Assembly (NCBI GenBank): GCA_024635925.1
Contig: JAGXHY010000025.1
Span: 27,940 to 91,939 of the forward strand
Length of the DNA: 64,000 nucleotides
Direction: 5' to 3'
Source: Bacillota bacterium
Lineage (GTDB): Bacteria > Bacillota > TC1
The position numbers and the translations under genes are program-made. Of the stretch, positions 10,196 to 17,079 are shown piece by piece; the first letter of the stretch is position 1, and each line of letters opens with the position of its first letter. The notes beneath the pieces are model-generated. The model was not told where the DNA came from, made no database searches, and saw nothing but the letters and a program-made list of their open reading frames with translations.

Positions 10196-10863
10196 TATTT
10201 ACCTCGTTTATCAATTATTTTTTTAATATCTTTTGTTAATTTATATAACTGTTCATTTTTTACTCTATAGCTAACTCTATTAGCTATGAGTCTTGCAGAT
10301 GCTTGGAAAATTTCTCTAACTTCAACAAGTCCATTTTCTCTTAACGTTGTTCCAGTTGAAACTATATCAACAATCATATCAGCTAAGCCAATGGTTGCAG
10401 CTAATTCAACATTACCATGAAGTTTTATCAACTCCATTTGCAATCCTTCTGCCGCAAAAAATTCTTCAGCTACATTAATAAATTTTGTAGCAACCTTTTT
10501 ATGATTAAACTGGTATAAAGGAAATGGTTCTCCATACTCTAACGCTAACTCTTTTGGAACAGCAACTGAAAAATGACATTTACCAAAGCCTAAATCTAGA
10601 AGTTCAAAAACATCTCTTTTCTCTTCTTCAATTGTATCTTTACCGACAATTCCAATATCTGCTATTCCATGTTCTACAAAAATAGGTACATCTGTTGGTT
10701 TACATATTATATATCTTACTTCACCAATTTCAAATTGTAAAATCCTAGATTCAACTTCTACACCTTTGACTGGAAGTCCTGTCTCTTTTAAAATATCAAG
10801 TGCTTCTTCACCAAGTCTTCCTTTTGGCAAAGCTATAACTAATTTATTATTCCCCACTTTCAT
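10195..10863 (-). CDS. hisG: ATP phosphoribosyltransferase, short (HisZ-dependent) form
   Basis: LVIALPKGRL...DIVSTGTTLREN. At 222 aa it lacks the C-terminal regulatory domain. Confidence 0.95.
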   Translation of the reverse strand: MKVGNNKLVIALPKGRLGEEALDILKETGLPVKGVEVESRILQFEIGEVRYIICKPTDVPIFVEHGIADIGIVGKDTIEEEKRDVFELLDLGFGKCHFSVAVPKELALEYGEPFPLYQFNHKKVATKFINVAEEFFAAEGLQMELIKLHGNVELAATIGLADMIVDIVSTGTTLRENGLVEVREIFQASARLIANRVSYRVKNEQLYKLTKDIKKIIDKRGK

Positions 10864-11938
10864 TATCCTCCAGATTAATTTCTACGATTTTTCCATTTTG
10901 ATGAGCAATCCTCACTTCTCTAAATCTTTCAATATAGTCAATAGAACCATTCAAGCTTTCTACTTTTGGCATTTCAATTACCTGATTCATTGCTTTAATA
11001 TATAGATCTACATCAATAGCAAAGCCTACAGCTGGTTTTTTCTCAAAATATTCTTCTATTAAATTATCATACCTACCACCACTTAAGATAGGAATACCAA
11101 TACCCTTACCATAACCTTCGAATAACAGTCCTGTATAGTATGAAAAATCTCCTATAATACTAAAATCAAAGAAAATTCTATTTTTATAACCAATATTTTC
11201 TAGAATTCCATATATAGTTTCTAATCTATTTATAGCAATTTTAAATTTTTCATCTTGTGAAAAATTTTTAACTCGCTCTAAAAATTCCCTGCCACCATTT
11301 CTTGCAGCTAACATCATAACTTTATCTTTAATATTTTCTGGTAAAATATTTTCTAACTCAACTATATCTTTTTCTATCATTAAAGCTAAAACTTTCTCTC
11401 TAACCTCAATATCTTTAATTAATTCATTTAAAAGTCCCATAGTAATACTCATATGCCCAATACCTAGAGAATATCTTTTAATATTATTACTTTCCATAGA
11501 CTCTAAAGCCATTAAAATAACTTCACAGTCACTTAGAATAGAGTTCGCACCAATAAGTTCTGTTCCAACTTGAGTTTTTTGTCTTCTGTTACCAGATTTT
11601 GAACTGCTTTGGAAAAATACTTCTCCAGCATAGGCTAATCTTAAAGGGTACGTTACATAGTCTCTAAAGTGTGTTGCAACTACTCTAGCTACTGGAGCTG
11701 TTATTTCAGGTCTTAATATTAACAAATCACCGCTTTTATCTAATAGAGAAAAAAACTTCTGATCATAAACGTTTTTTTTCTTTACAATATCCCATTTTTC
11801 TAACATTGGAGTTTTTATTTCCTTATATCCCCATAGTGTAAAAAGATTTAAAAGCTTATTAACTATACTTCTTTGAATAAAGGCTTCCTCTTGCAAATAA
11901 TCTTTTGTACCTTCAGGAATTAATAATGTTCTTTTCAT
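10847..11938 (-). CDS. hisZ: ATP phosphoribosyltransferase regulatory subunit (HisRS paralog)
   Basis: HisRS-like catalytic core (PEGTKDYL...LRPEITAPVARV...GGRYDNL) with no anticodon-binding domain. It overlaps hisG by 17 nt. Confidence 0.9.
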   Translation of the reverse strand: MKRTLLIPEGTKDYLQEEAFIQRSIVNKLLNLFTLWGYKEIKTPMLEKWDIVKKKNVYDQKFFSLLDKSGDLLILRPEITAPVARVVATHFRDYVTYPLRLAYAGEVFFQSSSKSGNRRQKTQVGTELIGANSILSDCEVILMALESMESNNIKRYSLGIGHMSITMGLLNELIKDIEVREKVLALMIEKDIVELENILPENIKDKVMMLAARNGGREFLERVKNFSQDEKFKIAINRLETIYGILENIGYKNRIFFDFSIIGDFSYYTGLLFEGYGKGIGIPILSGGRYDNLIEEYFEKKPAVGFAIDVDLYIKAMNQVIEMPKVESLNGSIDYIERFREVRIAHQNGKIVEINLEDNESGE

Positions 11939-11962
11939 AGTTACGTCTCATTTCTTTATCAA

Positions 11963-11976
11963 TTTAGTTTACTAAA
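11963..11976 (-). promoter_or_regulatory. 6-2-6 palindrome TTTAGT-NN-ACTAAA at the predicted his transcription start (candidate operator)
   Basis: Read directly from the sequence. It begins 3 nt downstream of the TATAAT -10 box and lies 25 nt upstream of the hisZ ATG. Confidence 0.45.
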
Positions 11977-11979
11977 GTA

Positions 11980-12008
11980 ATTATATATTTATTCTTTATC
12001 CTTGTCAA
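11980..12008 (-). promoter_or_regulatory. consensus sigma-A promoter for hisZGDBHAFIE
   Basis: Minus strand TTGACA (12008-12003), exactly 17 nt, then TATAAT (11985-11980). The -35 box lies inside the last codons of yerC. Confidence 0.75.
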
Positions 12009-12285
12009 TCCTTTTTAAAGCCATTAAATACCCATCACCATAATCTAGACTTTTTTTCACCCGACTTATAGTTGTTGAACTAGCCCCAGTTTCTTGCATA
12101 ATCTCATTATACTTATTCTTTTCAAATAGCATTTGAACAACTTGCCATCTTTGAGCAAGAGATTTTAGTTCATCAACAGTACATAAATCTTCAAAAAATG
12201 CATGAAACTCTTCTTTATCTTTCAAGGTTAACATAGCTTGATAAAGTTCTTCTAAATCTTTCTCATCTACTTTTTGTTTATACAT
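11989..12285 (-). CDS. yerC: YerC/YecD family TrpR-related DNA-binding protein
   Basis: 98 aa with family-typical LCTVDELKSLAQRWQVVQML....Y.EI...TGASSTTISRVKKSL.YG. Confidence 0.8.
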   Translation of the reverse strand: MYKQKVDEKDLEELYQAMLTLKDKEEFHAFFEDLCTVDELKSLAQRWQVVQMLFEKNKYNEIMQETGASSTTISRVKKSLDYGDGYLMALKRIDKDKE

Positions 12286-12311
12286 TGCTGACTCCTTTCT
12301 CTAATTTATAT

Positions 12312-12608
12312 TTATTCTTTATCATTTTTTATATTAAACCATTTTTTCAACTTTGTAATCATTGGATGCTCTGTAGGTACTATCCAATGCTCAATTTCAA
12401 ATTTTATTTTTTCATTAGGAAATTTTTTTCTAACTATAAACTTAATTAGAGAAAAAAGGTTTCCTCTTGATTTTTTACTATTCTTTCTTCCTTTTATTTT
12501 TAATTTAATATAGTTATCCTGAATTTCTAAAACTTCAAAATCACCACCGTCAGTAATTATAATCTTTTTAAAACCTTCCAAGTAATCTAAGATTTTTTGC
12601 TTATCCAT
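12312..12608 (-). CDS. Nfu/NifU C-terminal-domain-like protein lacking the CxxC motif
   Basis: By eye, TDGGDFEVLEIQDNYIKLKIKG aligns to the Nfu motif ADGGD.ELV....V.V.L.GAC..C. The Cys pair is replaced by RKNSKKSR and the protein contains no Cys. Confidence 0.5.
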   Translation of the reverse strand: MDKQKILDYLEGFKKIIITDGGDFEVLEIQDNYIKLKIKGRKNSKKSRGNLFSLIKFIVRKKFPNEKIKFEIEHWIVPTEHPMITKLKKWFNIKNDKE

Positions 12609-12617
12609 TTTTTCTCC

Positions 12618-13067
12618 TTATTTATGATACTGTTCATTTTTAATAATTTTAACACTTCTATATATTTGTTCAACTAATATTAATTTCATTAATTGATGTG
12701 GAAAGGTTAATTTAGAAAAAGATAATTTAAAATTAGCTCTATTTATGACACTTTGGTCCAACCCATTTGAGCCCCCTATTATAAAACTTATAGAAGAAGT
12801 TTTATAAGTAAAGGTCTCCTCTAAGTATTTTGCTAATTCTGTGGAGCTTAATTGTTTTCCATCAATAGCCATGGCTATTACAAAGTCATCATCTTTAATT
12901 CTTTTTAATATATTAGTTCCTTCTTCTGTTACATTATCTCTTGGAGATTCAGGTAGTTCTAAAAAATCTACCTTCCCATATTTACTTAATCTTTTTTGAT
13001 ATTCTGCAACACCTTTTTTTAGATATTCTTCTTTTAAATTACCTATTGTGATTATTTTAAAATACAC
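12618..13067 (-). CDS. rlmH: 23S rRNA (pseudouridine1915-N3)-methyltransferase RlmH
   Basis: The SPOUT RlmH pattern IITIGNLKEEYLKKGVAEYQKRL...IIGGSNGL...LSFSKLTFPHQL.R..L.EQIYR. GTG start immediately after the M20 stop codon. Confidence 0.9.
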   Translation of the reverse strand: MYFKIITIGNLKEEYLKKGVAEYQKRLSKYGKVDFLELPESPRDNVTEEGTNILKRIKDDDFVIAMAIDGKQLSSTELAKYLEETFTYKTSSISFIIGGSNGLDQSVINRANFKLSFSKLTFPHQLMKLILVEQIYRSVKIIKNEQYHK

Positions 13068-14228
13068 TTATTTGCACATCTCCTTTATGAAGTCCATATA
13101 TACATATACAGATTTTTCCATTGATTCTATATCAATATATTCAACAGCTGCATGAGCTTGTGCAATATCTCCTGGTCCAAAAACTACCGTTGGTATTCCA
13201 GCAGCTCTAAGATGTGCTCCATCTGTCCAATAATTAACTCCATTTATAACACTATCTAAACCTTGTCTTTTACAAGACTCTAACATATTAACAACTAGTT
13301 GATCATCTAGATTTGTTTCCATTGGTATTCTATTTTCAGTTTCCTTTAAAACTTCAATTTCCATATCATTAGAATTATATGGTAGTTCTTTCCACAAACT
13401 AATAATTTCTTCAATTATTTGTTTTTCTGTTTCTCCAGGAATATATCTTCTATTCAAACTTAATTTACAATTATATGGAACTATATTGTTTTGTATTCCA
13501 CCTGCAATCATGCCAACATTTAATGTTGCTTTACCACATAATGGATGACTTCTTTTATCAAGTTCTGGTAAAAGTTTATTTTTTATTAGGGCTATTAAGT
13601 CTACAGCCTTATAGATAGCATTGTCTCCTAGTGCAGGATTGCTACTATGTGCTGCTTTTCCCTTTATATTTATTTCAAGAGACATTGTTCCTTTATGTGC
13701 TGCAGCAATATTTAACGAAGTAGCTTCTCCAACTATAGCCATATCAGCAAACTTACCTTTTTTTCTTAAGGCAAAGGCTCCATCACTATTAGCTGGACAT
13801 TCTTCTCCGACAGTTCCTATTAATTGGATACTACCTTTAGGTATAAATCCTTGTCTTTTAAGTAGAATAAGGGAATACAGCATACATGCTAAACCACCTT
13901 TCATATCTACAGAACCTCTCCCCCAGAATTTTCCATCTTCAATATATCCATTAAAAGGTTCAATTGTCATTCCTTCGGACAAAACAGTGTCCATATGTCC
14001 ACATAAAACAATCTTTTTCCCTTTTTCATCTCCTTTAAAAGTTATGAAGATGTTATTTCTATCAGGTGTTATTTCTTCGTATTTTACCAATAAATCTTCT
14101 TTTAATGCTAATTCTTCTAATTTTCTTGCAACTTTTAATTCACCACCATTAACTAAGTAGTGACTTTCTATATCTACTAACTCTTTTAATATATTTAATA
14201 ATTCATCTAATTTAAATTTGCTCTTCAT
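13068..14228 (-). CDS. M20 family metallohydrolase (ArgE/DapE-type deacylase)
   Basis: LCGHMDTV, GRGSVDMKGG, GEE and HS/AH metal-ligand pattern. 386 aa. The substrate is not inferable. Confidence 0.85.
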   Translation of the reverse strand: MKSKFKLDELLNILKELVDIESHYLVNGGELKVARKLEELALKEDLLVKYEEITPDRNNIFITFKGDEKGKKIVLCGHMDTVLSEGMTIEPFNGYIEDGKFWGRGSVDMKGGLACMLYSLILLKRQGFIPKGSIQLIGTVGEECPANSDGAFALRKKGKFADMAIVGEATSLNIAAAHKGTMSLEINIKGKAAHSSNPALGDNAIYKAVDLIALIKNKLLPELDKRSHPLCGKATLNVGMIAGGIQNNIVPYNCKLSLNRRYIPGETEKQIIEEIISLWKELPYNSNDMEIEVLKETENRIPMETNLDDQLVVNMLESCKRQGLDSVINGVNYWTDGAHLRAAGIPTVVFGPGDIAQAHAAVEYIDIESMEKSVYVYMDFIKEMCK

Positions 14229-14250
14229 AACAACCCTCCAATACTTGTAT

Positions 14251-14259
14251 ATTATATCA
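14251..14259 (-). promoter_or_regulatory. extended -10 promoter (TGaTATAAT) upstream of the M20 gene
   Basis: Minus strand TGATATAAT about 22 nt upstream of the ATG, with GGAGGG as RBS. The -35 box is weak. Confidence 0.5.
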
Positions 14260-14284
14260 AATTTGACTTGTATTTACTTTAATT

Positions 14285-14321
14285 TATAAAAAAAAGGAGC
14301 TCCTTTTCAGGAACTCCTTTT
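14285..14321 (-). terminator. rho-independent terminator after the PLP-enzyme gene
   Basis: AAAAGGAGcTCC-TTTTCA-GGAaCTCCTTTT (11 bp, 1 mismatch) followed on the minus strand by a run of 8 T. Confidence 0.85.
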
Positions 14322-14335
14322 AAATAGAGTATTAA

Positions 14336-15823
14336 CTATTTAATTAAACCAACTTTTTTATTGAATTGATCTACTAGTTTGTCAATTTCTGGAGCCATAG
14401 TGTGTAGTTTGCCCCAATAATTATCGTAATCATACCATTGAGCGTTTAAGTCATCAACATCGTATTGTTGTTGCTCAATCCAAGTATAATATTTCAAATT
14501 ATGTGCTCTCTTTTTAGAAGCATATGTTAACTCTTCAACATAATCAACATCATTTTCTAAAGCAGCAACAGAATGGTCAACAGCAGCATTTACAGCTGTG
14601 TATTTACCAAACTCTTCATCCATTTCAGCTAGACGAGATTGGTACATTTCTGCAGAGTCAGTTAGTACTGTAACTATGCAATCATCTTCAGTCATTTCAT
14701 AATATTTAGCCATTTTGATAGCCATGATAATATTAGCAGCACCTGAAACTCCAGCCCAATTTAATTTATCAATTACATCTTGTTTAACGCCTAAAGATTT
14801 AATATATTCTTGGCCTACAGGTTCATTGAATAGTCTGAATAACCTTAGAGCATCAGCATCATCAATTCCAATAAACATATCACTGTTTTTAACATTATGA
14901 ATCCAAGGAATATGCTTGTCGCCAATACCCTCAATCCAGTGTTCACCAAAACCGTTATTTAATAGAGTAGAACAATCTGTAGCTTCACCTACTGCAAGCT
15001 TAGCTTCTTGGTAATGATCTTTAACATAATCACCAGATGCTAATGTTCCAGCGGAACCAGAAGTCAAGCAAACTCCAGAAAATTTTGAATTTTCAGTTTT
15101 TTCAGCTTCATATATGCTTTCCATAGCGCTTCCTGTTACTTCATAGTGCCATAAATGGTTAATTAATTCACCGAATTGATTAAAGATTATAGCTTTTCCT
15201 GGTCTTTCTCTTTTTAGTCTCCAAGTTTCATCATAAATCTCTTTAACATTTGACTCAGAACCATATGTAGGAATTATTTCATCAGCAACTTTTTTCAACC
15301 AATTAAATCTTTCAGCTGACATATTTTCTGGAAGAATCGCAATTGATTTACAACCTAATAACTTAGATAATAAAGCTCCACCTCTGCAGTAGTTTCCTGT
15401 TGAAGGCCATACAGCCTCATGATAAGTAGGATCAAATTGTCCAGTTACAAGTCTAGGAACTAAACATGCATAAGCAGGTCCAACTTTGTGAGCTCCGATT
15501 GGGAAGTATTTACCAGACATAGCGAAAATTCTAGCTTTAACTCCAGAAATTTCTGATGGTATTTCCACATAGTTAGGAAGTTTATTAGCGTTAAATAAAC
15601 CACCATCTCTTTTTGGCTCGTTGTACCATGAAATTCTGAAAAGATTAATAGGGTCAAGATCTTCTGTATTAACAGTCTTTAACTTATCTTTAATCTCTTG
15701 TGGAATTAAATCAGGGTTTTTCATTTGTGCAATTGTTGGAACTATAATATTTTGTTCCTTAGCACGTTGAACAGTATTTTCTAATACTGCTTCATTGATT
15801 GTTAAGTCAATAAGTGTTCTCAT
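14336..15823 (-). CDS. fold-type II PLP-dependent enzyme (CysK/TrpB superfamily) with long N- and C-terminal extensions
   Basis: Probable PLP-lysine in IGAHKVG, Asn-loop STGNYCRGGA and Gly-rich loop TSGSAGT, in CysK order. The start is trimmed to ATG at 15823 (MRTLIDL), with AGGAGG 6 nt upstream. About 495 aa. Confidence 0.75.
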   Translation of the reverse strand: MRTLIDLTINEAVLENTVQRAKEQNIIVPTIAQMKNPDLIPQEIKDKLKTVNTEDLDPINLFRISWYNEPKRDGGLFNANKLPNYVEIPSEISGVKARIFAMSGKYFPIGAHKVGPAYACLVPRLVTGQFDPTYHEAVWPSTGNYCRGGALLSKLLGCKSIAILPENMSAERFNWLKKVADEIIPTYGSESNVKEIYDETWRLKRERPGKAIIFNQFGELINHLWHYEVTGSAMESIYEAEKTENSKFSGVCLTSGSAGTLASGDYVKDHYQEAKLAVGEATDCSTLLNNGFGEHWIEGIGDKHIPWIHNVKNSDMFIGIDDADALRLFRLFNEPVGQEYIKSLGVKQDVIDKLNWAGVSGAANIIMAIKMAKYYEMTEDDCIVTVLTDSAEMYQSRLAEMDEEFGKYTAVNAAVDHSVAALENDVDYVEELTYASKKRAHNLKYYTWIEQQQYDVDDLNAQWYDYDNYWGKLHTMAPEIDKLVDQFNKKVGLIK

Positions 15824-15956
15824 TCGTATCCTCCTAATATTATTATAAACATAAAAAGCCGTAGAAAGGCGTTTAATCCTTTCTTGAAGCATCTATTATT
15901 TTACTACATAATTACTAAATAATCTATATTAAAAATGAAATATTTAACACTTTACC

Positions 15957-15972
15957 ATGTAATCATTTACAT
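15957..15972. promoter_or_regulatory. perfect 16-bp palindrome ATGTAA-TCAT-TTACAT in the divergent PLP / Crp-Fnr intergenic region
   Basis: Read directly from the sequence. Its 5-4-5 geometry resembles Crp/Fnr-family sites. Confidence 0.45.
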
Positions 15973-15989
15973 TATGTTAAATATTTTAC

Positions 15990-16018
15990 TTGATGAAAGC
16001 TATATGTTAATTTATACT
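15990..16018 (+). promoter_or_regulatory. putative promoter of the Crp/Fnr gene
   Basis: TTGATG (15990-15995), 17 nt, then TATACT (16013-16018). Confidence 0.5.
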
Positions 16019-16048
16019 AATATTAGTATAAATTTTGGAGGTGAGACT

Positions 16049-16702
16049 TTGATAATTCCTTACAAAAGCGAATTGTTTAATAATTTAAAAAAAAATCAAG
16101 TAGAACAAATCATATCTGATCTAAACTTCACTATTAAGAACTATGAAAAAAACGATATTATATTTAAAGGGGATGAGTATATAGACAGTTTAGGAATAAT
16201 ATTATCAGGCAAAGTTTTAATCGCTAAAGAAACTTCTAAAGGTAATAAAACGATGATTGCTTATCTTGATGAAAATAGTACAATTGGTGAAGTTATGGCT
16301 ATAGCAAAAAATAGAATAACTAATTTAGTTGTTTGTGTTCATGATAATACACAAATAATGTTTATTCCTATAGTTAATATATATAAATTTGATGAATTAA
16401 AGATTAATTTAATAGAATTATTAGCCAGAAAGGCCTTGTACTTGAATAAACGAGTCCATTATCTACAGCTTAAATCTATAAGGGGCAAACTTAGTATATT
16501 TTTGCTAGATTTAGCAGAAACCAATGTAAGTTCAACTTTTTCAATTCCTTTTAATCGTCAAAAAACTGCAGAATACCTAAATGTTTCTAGGCCATCCTTG
16601 TCTAGAGAACTAGCCTTTTTTAAAGATAAAGGTATTATAGATTATTATAAGGAGACCATAAAAATTATTAAAAAAAGTGAGTTAGAAAAATTCCAAGAAT
16701 AA
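16049..16702 (+). CDS. Crp/Fnr family transcriptional regulator
   Basis: cNMP-binding-like beta-roll (IIFKGDEYIDSLGIILSGKVLI...IGEVMAI) and a C-terminal HTH (RQKTAEYLNVSRPSLSRELAFFKDKGII). The start is moved to TTG at 16049, with GGAGGTG 6 nt upstream. No N-terminal Cys cluster. Confidence 0.85.
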   Translation: MIIPYKSELFNNLKKNQVEQIISDLNFTIKNYEKNDIIFKGDEYIDSLGIILSGKVLIAKETSKGNKTMIAYLDENSTIGEVMAIAKNRITNLVVCVHDNTQIMFIPIVNIYKFDELKINLIELLARKALYLNKRVHYLQLKSIRGKLSIFLLDLAETNVSSTFSIPFNRQKTAEYLNVSRPSLSRELAFFKDKGIIDYYKETIKIIKKSELEKFQE

Positions 16703-16728
16703 AAAAACCCTGTTAAACAGGGTTTTTT
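16703..16728. terminator. bidirectional terminator between convergent genes
   Basis: AAAAACCCTG-TTAAA-CAGGGTTTTT, with A/T runs on both sides. Confidence 0.85.
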
Positions 16729-16938
16729 CTATTTGTTTTTTTCTTGTTCTACCGCAGTTCTTAAATCTTCCAACATTGATTGAAGATCAATCCCATGTAC
16801 AATACAAGCCTCTTCTATAGTTTCAGCTTGAGATGAAGGGCAACCTATACAACCTAAATGATATGCAAATAAAACTGGTACTACTTCAGGAAAATCTCTT
16901 ATTAATTCTCCTATAGTCATATCTTTATTAATTTCCAT
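16729..16938 (-). CDS. DUF1858-type small redox-disulfide protein (family often associated with hybrid-cluster protein)
   Basis: MEINKDMTIGELIRDFPEVVPVL....LGCIGCPSSQAETIEEACIVHGID matches the family pattern as I remember it. The start is trimmed to ATG at 16938. Confidence 0.75.
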   Translation of the reverse strand: MEINKDMTIGELIRDFPEVVPVLFAYHLGCIGCPSSQAETIEEACIVHGIDLQSMLEDLRTAVEQEKNK

Positions 16939-16967
16939 TATACACTTCCTTTCTATTGTCTTTTTAT

Positions 16968-16996
16968 ATAATAACATAATTCTTAATGTTATTGAA
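16968..16996 (-). promoter_or_regulatory. promoter of the DUF1858 gene with an embedded inverted repeat ATAACAT-N8-ATGTTAT (16971-16992)
   Basis: Minus strand TTCAAT, 17 nt, then TGtTATTAT (extended -10). The 7-8-7 inverted repeat fills the -35/-10 spacer. Confidence 0.45.
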
Positions 16997-17079
16997 AATT
17001 ATATTAATGTAATATCTTTAGTTGCTTATTGTTCCAACTTTTTTATATAATGAATATATTAAATAAAGGAGAGACCTTA

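Noticed and set aside
14263-14290. Plus-strand promoter-like TTGACT-16-TATAAA pointing into the 3' end of the PLP gene (antisense).
   Set aside because: No plus-strand ORF or structured RNA lies downstream. It overlaps the minus-strand M20 promoter region and the terminator A-run, so it is likely fortuitous in AT-rich DNA.
15824-15892. The N-terminal extension of the PLP gene in the ORF track (MLQERIKRLSTAFYVYNNIRRIR). Similar extensions occur at 15935, 16977, 17029, 23211, 26641, 30890, 36657, 46078 and 46236.
   Set aside because: In each case a strong Shine-Dalgarno sequence precedes an internal start that matches the conserved family N-terminus. The extensions overlap predicted promoters or upstream genes.
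15841-15895. Small hairpin GAAAGG-N8-CCTTTC followed by ...GGCTTTTT in the putative 5' UTR of the PLP gene, a possible attenuator or riboswitch expression platform.
   Set aside because: The stem is only 6 bp, 6 nt separate it from the T-run, and no upstream aptamer-like structure could be identified by eye. The evidence is too weak to call.
15955-15982. dif-like site: TTATGTTAAAT (15972-15982) is identical to the E. coli XerD arm of dif and sits next to a palindrome.
   Set aside because: The opposite arm (CCATGTAATCA) does not match XerC-arm consensus (...CATAA). An 11-mer this AT-rich is expected by chance about once in this much AT-rich sequence. Gene orientation does not switch here as it would at a terminus.
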